DNA of 64,000 nt, taken from assembly GCA_033549025.1 (NCBI GenBank), contig JAWSUS010000006.1, positions 90,064 to 154,063 on the forward strand, read 5' to 3'. Shown here one piece after another: positions 59,200 through 64,000 of this stretch (positions are counted from its first letter, which is position 1; each line of letters begins with the position of its first letter). Origin of the DNA: Desulfuromonadales bacterium (GTDB lineage Bacteria; Desulfobacterota; Desulfuromonadia; Desulfuromonadales; SZUA-540). Under the pieces are notes generated by a model. The model ran no database searches. It saw nothing but the letters and a program-made list of their open reading frames with translations, and had not been told where the DNA came from. Both the position numbers and the translations under genes were made by a program.

Positions 59200-62001
59200 A
59201 TGACCAGAGTAAAGGAATCAGGATCCTTGAATGCAGAGGCAGGACAACCCTCTGCGCCGACATTAAAAAATTTACGGACATTTCTGCTCAAATTTGTACT
59301 TTCCCTTGCCATTTTGGTTCCGCTTTTTCCCCTGAGTCAGCACAACTATCTTCTTTTTCATACCATTGTCGAGATGCTGAGTGTCGGTGTTGCCATCACG
59401 ATTTTCAGTATCGGTTGGAACACCCGTACCTTTGCCCGCAGCAGTCCATTGCTGATGATCGCCTGCACCTTTCTCGGGGTAGCCGGCCTCGATCTTTTGC
59501 ACACCCTGGCCTATAAGGGGATGGGCGTCTTCCCTCCCTGGAACTCCAATCAGCCTACCCAGTTCTGGATCGCCGCCCGCTATTTTCAGAGCGTGGGTCT
59601 GCTGGCCGCCGCTTTACTGGTTGGCCGTCACAAGCCCCTGTCGGCGGCTTCAGCCTTTGCAGGGTCCCTGGCGGCTGCGACGGTTTTGACGGTTTCCATC
59701 GTGCAGGGATGGTTTCCTGACTGCTTTCTGGTGGGGCAGGGGTTGACCCCGTTCAAGATCGCCAGCGAATTTATTGTTTCCGCTTTATTCATCGCGGCGG
59801 GCATCCTGTTCTGGCGCCGTCGTTCGCGATTCGCATCACGCATCGTGCCGCTGCTGGTCGGTTCTCTCGCCCTGACCGTGCTCGCCGAGATGAGTTTTAC
59901 CCTCTATGCCGATGTGTACGGCTTTTTTAATTACCTCGGTCATGTCTTCAAGTTCTTTGCGCTGCTTCTCATCTATTATGCTCTGATTCGGGGTGCGTTA
60001 CGATACCCTTATCGCAGTCTCTTTACGGATCTGATGCGGGCCAAGGAGAACGCCGAGGAGGCAAGTCGGGTCAAAAGTGATTTCCTGGCGGCGATGAGTC
60101 ATGAGATTCGCACCCCCATGAATGCCATCATCGGCATGACCGAATTGACCCTTGACACCCCCCTGACTCGCATGCAGCGGGATTACCTGGAGATGGTCCG
60201 ATCTTCCGGGGAGTCTCTCCTCAAGGTTATCAATGATATTCTGGACTTTTCCAAAATCGAAGCGGGGTTTCTGGAACTGGAGGCAAATCCTTTTACTCTG
60301 CGGGACCTGGTGGAGGACACTTGTCGCGCTCTGGCCGTGCGCGCACACCAGAAAGACCTTGAACTGGTTTGCCACATTGCCCCAGACGTACCCCGCACCC
60401 TGGTTGGCGATTCCAGTCGTCTGCGGCAGGTGCTGAATAACCTGATCGGCAATGCCATCAAGTTCACGGCGCAGGGGGAGGTTCTGGTCGAAGTGGCCGT
60501 GGCCGGGGTAGAGACGGATAACAGTCTATACAGCCTGCGTTTTTCCATAAAGGACACCGGAATCGGTATACCTGCGGACCGCCTGGACCGTCTCTTCCGG
60601 AAATTCAGTCAGGTAGACAACTCGGTTTCCCGCAACTATGGCGGGACAGGCCTTGGACTGGCCATTTCTCAACAGATCATCGAAGCCATGGGGAGCCAGA
60701 TCCAGGTTGAAAGTCGCGTAGGGCAGGGCAGTCTTTTTTCTTTCATCCTTTCCCTGCCAGCAGCCGAGGCTGGGGACGGCTCTTTGGTTCAGACCCGTCA
60801 TGGCGATCTGGAGGGGATCAGAGCCCTCATTGTCGACGACAATCAGACGAATCGACGCTTCCTCACCGAAACGCTGGCGGGATGGGGTATCGAAGCTGCT
60901 GCCGTGGCAGGGGGGGATAGAGCTATCGCGTCCGTGCGGGACGCCGCGGCCCAGGGACATCCCTTCCAGCTGCTGATGATCGACGAAGACATGCCGGACC
61001 TCCGTGGCAAGGCTGTCGTGGAATGTCTGCGTCGGGAAAATCTTCTGCCGGATCATGTCATCCTGTTGCTCCCCTCGACGGAAGTGGGGTCCCACACCGA
61101 GGGACCCTGGGCGAGGGAACCGGCAAGTATCCTGATCAAGCCGATCCAGCCCTCAAAACTCTTCAATGCCATTATCGAAAACTTTCATTCTTCCGATGAA
61201 GACATCGAGGGGCAGGTGGCGACCGCCGATCATCGGTATAGCACACCTGTTCCCGCCTGCATCCTCCTGGTCGAAGACAACAGCATCAATCAATTGCTGG
61301 CCAGAACACTTCTGGAGAAGCGCGGGTGGACTGTTCGACTGGCTTCGGATGGCAGTAAGGCCCTGACGCTGGTTGAACAGGGGGGGATTGACCTTGTGCT
61401 GATGGATGTGCAGATGCCCGGCATGGACGGCTTGCAGGCGACCCGGCTGATTCGAGAAGCCGAGGCAACACGAGGGGAACACCTTCCCATTGTCGGACTG
61501 TCGGCCCATGCGACCGAGGCGGATCGCCAAAAATGCCTGGATGCCGGCATGGATGACTACGTCACCAAACCGATCCGGGTTGAGGCTCTCTATAACGCGG
61601 TAGAGCGTCTGCTCCCGGTGCCAAAGTCAAAGGCCCAGGCCGCCATCGATCTGGAGGATGTCCTCTATGCGGTCAATGGCGACCACCGTTTACTCAAAGA
61701 GCTGGTCGACCAGTTTCGGCGTGATTATCCACAATCCCTTCATAATCTTCTCAAGGCCTTCAGACAGGGGGACGGGCAAAGCGCTGAAAAAATAGCCCAT
61801 TCGCTCAAAGCGGTCGTTGGTATTTTCGGAGCCGCCTCGGCGGTGGAACTGCTGCAGAAGATCGAAAGCCTGGCCGAATCGCGGCACCTGGAGAAGGGGG
61901 AAGAGTTGCTGAAGCTACTTCAGGCTGAGATGGAGAGGGTAGAAGGAAGTCTAGAGGACTTTGTGGTCTCGGGTCGGGCGGGGGAGCCGACTGGGGCATA
62001 G
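59200..62001 (+). CDS. Hybrid sensor kinase: MASE3-HisKA-HATPase-REC-REC-Hpt
   Basis: MASE3-type N-terminus ([29 protein letters not shown]); [24 protein letters not shown]; two REC domains; Hpt AHSLKA. Confidence 0.92.
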   Translation: MTRVKESGSLNAEAGQPSAPTLKNLRTFLLKFVLSLAILVPLFPLSQHNYLLFHTIVEMLSVGVAITIFSIGWNTRTFARSSPLLMIACTFLGVAGLDLLHTLAYKGMGVFPPWNSNQPTQFWIAARYFQSVGLLAAALLVGRHKPLSAASAFAGSLAAATVLTVSIVQGWFPDCFLVGQGLTPFKIASEFIVSALFIAAGILFWRRRSRFASRIVPLLVGSLALTVLAEMSFTLYADVYGFFNYLGHVFKFFALLLIYYALIRGALRYPYRSLFTDLMRAKENAEEASRVKSDFLAAMSHEIRTPMNAIIGMTELTLDTPLTRMQRDYLEMVRSSGESLLKVINDILDFSKIEAGFLELEANPFTLRDLVEDTCRALAVRAHQKDLELVCHIAPDVPRTLVGDSSRLRQVLNNLIGNAIKFTAQGEVLVEVAVAGVETDNSLYSLRFSIKDTGIGIPADRLDRLFRKFSQVDNSVSRNYGGTGLGLAISQQIIEAMGSQIQVESRVGQGSLFSFILSLPAAEAGDGSLVQTRHGDLEGIRALIVDDNQTNRRFLTETLAGWGIEAAAVAGGDRAIASVRDAAAQGHPFQLLMIDEDMPDLRGKAVVECLRRENLLPDHVILLLPSTEVGSHTEGPWAREPASILIKPIQPSKLFNAIIENFHSSDEDIEGQVATADHRYSTPVPACILLVEDNSINQLLARTLLEKRGWTVRLASDGSKALTLVEQGGIDLVLMDVQMPGMDGLQATRLIREAEATRGEHLPIVGLSAHATEADRQKCLDAGMDDYVTKPIRVEALYNAVERLLPVPKSKAQAAIDLEDVLYAVNGDHRLLKELVDQFRRDYPQSLHNLLKAFRQGDGQSAEKIAHSLKAVVGIFGAASAVELLQKIESLAESRHLEKGEELLKLLQAEMERVEGSLEDFVVSGRAGEPTGA

Positions 62002-62030
62002 ATCTGGCGGGTGGAACATGAGCGTATCCC

Positions 62031-62068
62031 AAAAAGGAAGGCCCTTGTCGAGAGGGCCTTCCTTTTTT
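62031..62068. terminator. Bidirectional terminator between convergent genes
   Basis: AAAAAGGAAGGCCCT...AGGGCCTTCCTTTTTT. Confidence 0.85.
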
Positions 62069-62078
62069 AATGGGGGAA

Positions 62079-63764
62079 TCAGGCTTCGGGGGTGGTCTCG
62101 AAGCAGAGAGCTTCGTGCAGGTTGACCGTATGGTTTTTAATGCGGCGCAGAGCCACCGCCATGTCGCTGAAAGTCAGACCCGGCAGGGCGCCACAGGCAC
62201 CGGCTTTGGTGCGGGCGAGATGAGCGTTGCGTATCTCGTCGGCCAGATCATTGAGCCGGCTGGCTTCCAGGTGGATGCGGGCCGCATCCGTGGGCTTTTC
62301 CTCCTTAAAGGAGTCGCTGACGTGGTTGTAGAAAGCCAGCACTTCGTGGTGGAAGCGGATGAGGTCTTTCCAGGCGTCATCGCTGAAGTCCAGTTCATGC
62401 TTTTCCAGGCGCTTCATGTAAGAACAGATGGAGGCCGTGTAATCGGCTATGGATTCGAGTTCGTCGGCCGCCCGCACATAGCCGTAGGCCATGTCGGACT
62501 GTTCCTTGCTGGCTTTGCCGGCCTGCATGAGAGTGACGGTAAAGGTCGTGATCTCATGCTGCATGACATCCGTTTGCTGTTCGATTTCCTTCACCTTCTG
62601 GTAAAAACGATCCCTGCCCTTAAGGTCGCGATGAAGCAGGCTTCCCACGTGGCGCAGGGCTTTGTGGACGCGGTTATGCATGCGAATCAGTTCCTGCAGC
62701 ACCATGGAGGTTCCCATGGCGACCGGCATGCTGCCCGGCGGGCCGATGTATTTGAAAGGACCCTTTTCCATTCCCCCCGTTTCGGGAATGATGCGAACGA
62801 CAAGGCGCTCGAGGTATTTGAGAAATGGCAGCATCGCCAGGGTGGCGGTCACGTTGAACATGGAATGGGCCAGGGCGATGTGGGCCGCCGCATAAGGGTG
62901 GTTGCCCTCCGCATTGATGAAATTGGCGGAGCCAGGCACGATCATTTCTACCAACCCGACAAAGGGGGAGAAAATCACGATGATGATGAAAACCCCGAGG
63001 ACATTGAAGGTGCTGTGGGCCATGGCGGCGCGGCGGGCTGCCACGGTGCTGCCGATTGCGGCAAGCTGGGCGGTGATGGTCGTACCGATATTCTCACCCA
63101 TGACCAGAGCGATGGCGGTGTGAATGGGGATCGCTCCTGTCGAGGCCAGGGCGATGGTAATGCCGAGCATGGCGGAACTGCTTTGCACGATCATGGTCAT
63201 GATGCAGCCGATGACCACGCAACCCAGCAGACTCCACAGCGACTGCGCATCCAGAAGCAGCATCAGGTTCATGAACCCGTCATGGCTGCGCAAGGGTTTG
63301 AAAGCGTCGCTCATGATCTCCAGGCCGAAAAAGATAAGACCCAGAGCGACAAAAACCTTGGCTATGGCGGAGATGCGCTCGTTTTTGGAGAAGAGCATCG
63401 GAAAGATGCCGAGAGCGACCAGCAGCAGACCGTATTTGCCGACCTTGACCGCCAGGATCCAGCCGGTGATGGTCGTGCCGATATTGGCGCCGAGGATAAC
63501 GCCTATCGCCTGGCTCAGTTGCATGAGCCCGGCGTTGGTCAGGCCGACGACCATGACGGTGGTGATGGAGGAAGACTGTACAAAGGCCGTGATGGACAGG
63601 CCGACGATCACCGCCAGGATGCGGTTGGATGTCAGGGAGGAGATCGCTTTGCGGATGAGGCCGCCTGAGAGCATCTGCAGGCTGTCGGAGAGATATTTCA
63701 TTCCGAGGATGAATATCCCGAGGCCGCCCAGGACCGTATAGGTCATTTTAAAAGGTTCGAGCAT
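62079..63764 (-). CDS. Na/Pi cotransporter family protein with PhoU-like C-terminus
   Basis: Two QSSS repeats, GANIGTT and GENIGTT; helical C-terminus with ELESIADY. Confidence 0.93.
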   Translation of the reverse strand: MLEPFKMTYTVLGGLGIFILGMKYLSDSLQMLSGGLIRKAISSLTSNRILAVIVGLSITAFVQSSSITTVMVVGLTNAGLMQLSQAIGVILGANIGTTITGWILAVKVGKYGLLLVALGIFPMLFSKNERISAIAKVFVALGLIFFGLEIMSDAFKPLRSHDGFMNLMLLLDAQSLWSLLGCVVIGCIMTMIVQSSSAMLGITIALASTGAIPIHTAIALVMGENIGTTITAQLAAIGSTVAARRAAMAHSTFNVLGVFIIIVIFSPFVGLVEMIVPGSANFINAEGNHPYAAAHIALAHSMFNVTATLAMLPFLKYLERLVVRIIPETGGMEKGPFKYIGPPGSMPVAMGTSMVLQELIRMHNRVHKALRHVGSLLHRDLKGRDRFYQKVKEIEQQTDVMQHEITTFTVTLMQAGKASKEQSDMAYGYVRAADELESIADYTASICSYMKRLEKHELDFSDDAWKDLIRFHHEVLAFYNHVSDSFKEEKPTDAARIHLEASRLNDLADEIRNAHLARTKAGACGALPGLTFSDMAVALRRIKNHTVNLHEALCFETTPEA

Positions 63765-63883
63765 AGGGTAGGTCTCTCAATCGTTTTAGCGGTTGGTGGA
63801 CAACGTTACGCCATGCCTTTTAACCGGAAAAGGCGGCCCTGTCAAGGTTGTTGTCGTGTGCCCTTATTAAGATTTGCGGCATG

Positions 63884-63915
63884 AAAAAGCCCCGGGATGA
63901 TCTCCGGGGCTTTTT
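63884..63915. terminator. Bidirectional terminator
   Basis: AAAAAGCCCCGG-loop-CCGGGGCTTTTT. Confidence 0.8.
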
Positions 63916-63924
63916 GAGGTAAAG

Positions 63925-64000
63925 TGTTAGATCTGAACGCGTTGTTTACACTTTTAAGCCATAGAAATGATCCAGCAACTTTTCGTATGGCGTTAGATCG
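63925..64000 (-). mobile_element. Possible right end of an IS481-family element (partial)
   Basis: Minus-strand frame ends DLTPYEKLLDHFYGLKV* (stop at 63946-63948) and runs into ...TGTAAACAACGCGTTCAGATCTAACA. This resembles my recollection of IS481 transposase tails and TGT...ACA termini. Only 76 bp are visible. Confidence 0.4.

Noticed and set aside
62070..63668. 532-aa plus-strand ORF
   Set aside because: Antisense shadow of the Na/Pi cotransporter.
63839..63858. Pho-box-like CTGTCA repeat upstream of the Na/Pi transporter
   Set aside because: The repeat period is 12 rather than 11; better explained as a minus-strand TTGACA -35 element.

Overview
A 64 kb, gene-dense chromosomal segment that is mostly core genome. 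Gene order (fur-feoB-small Cys protein-ideR; queA-tgt-yajC-secDF; pheA-tyrA-aroA-cmk-ispH-rpsA-sppA-ihfB) and a CxxCH periplasmic sensor suggest a Desulfuromonadales/Geobacterales-type bacterium; this is inference, not a search result. Contents from left to right: partial AcrB-type RND pump and its MFP behind two tandem TetR genes; AEC transporter, GT2 and methyltransferase genes; a sigma54 two-component system with DegQ, PaaI, TlpA and CcdA; an iron-uptake operon with a Fur box; HDOD, YgiQ and heme-c HD-GYP proteins; housekeeping operons; a peptide ABC transporter; mutM; NfeD/SPFH; a MASE3 hybrid kinase; a Na/Pi cotransporter; and possibly the end of an IS481-like element at the right edge. 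The most unusual locus is a minus-strand cluster at 42.4-48.4 kb: APH/P-loop double kinase, small membrane protein, SLC5-STAC-GAF-PP2C fusion, STAS anti-anti-sigma and RsbW-like kinase. It looks like a transporter-gated partner-switch with no sigma factor nearby. I saw no rRNA, tRNA, CRISPR array or prophage. All calls come from motif recognition by eye; no database searches were run.
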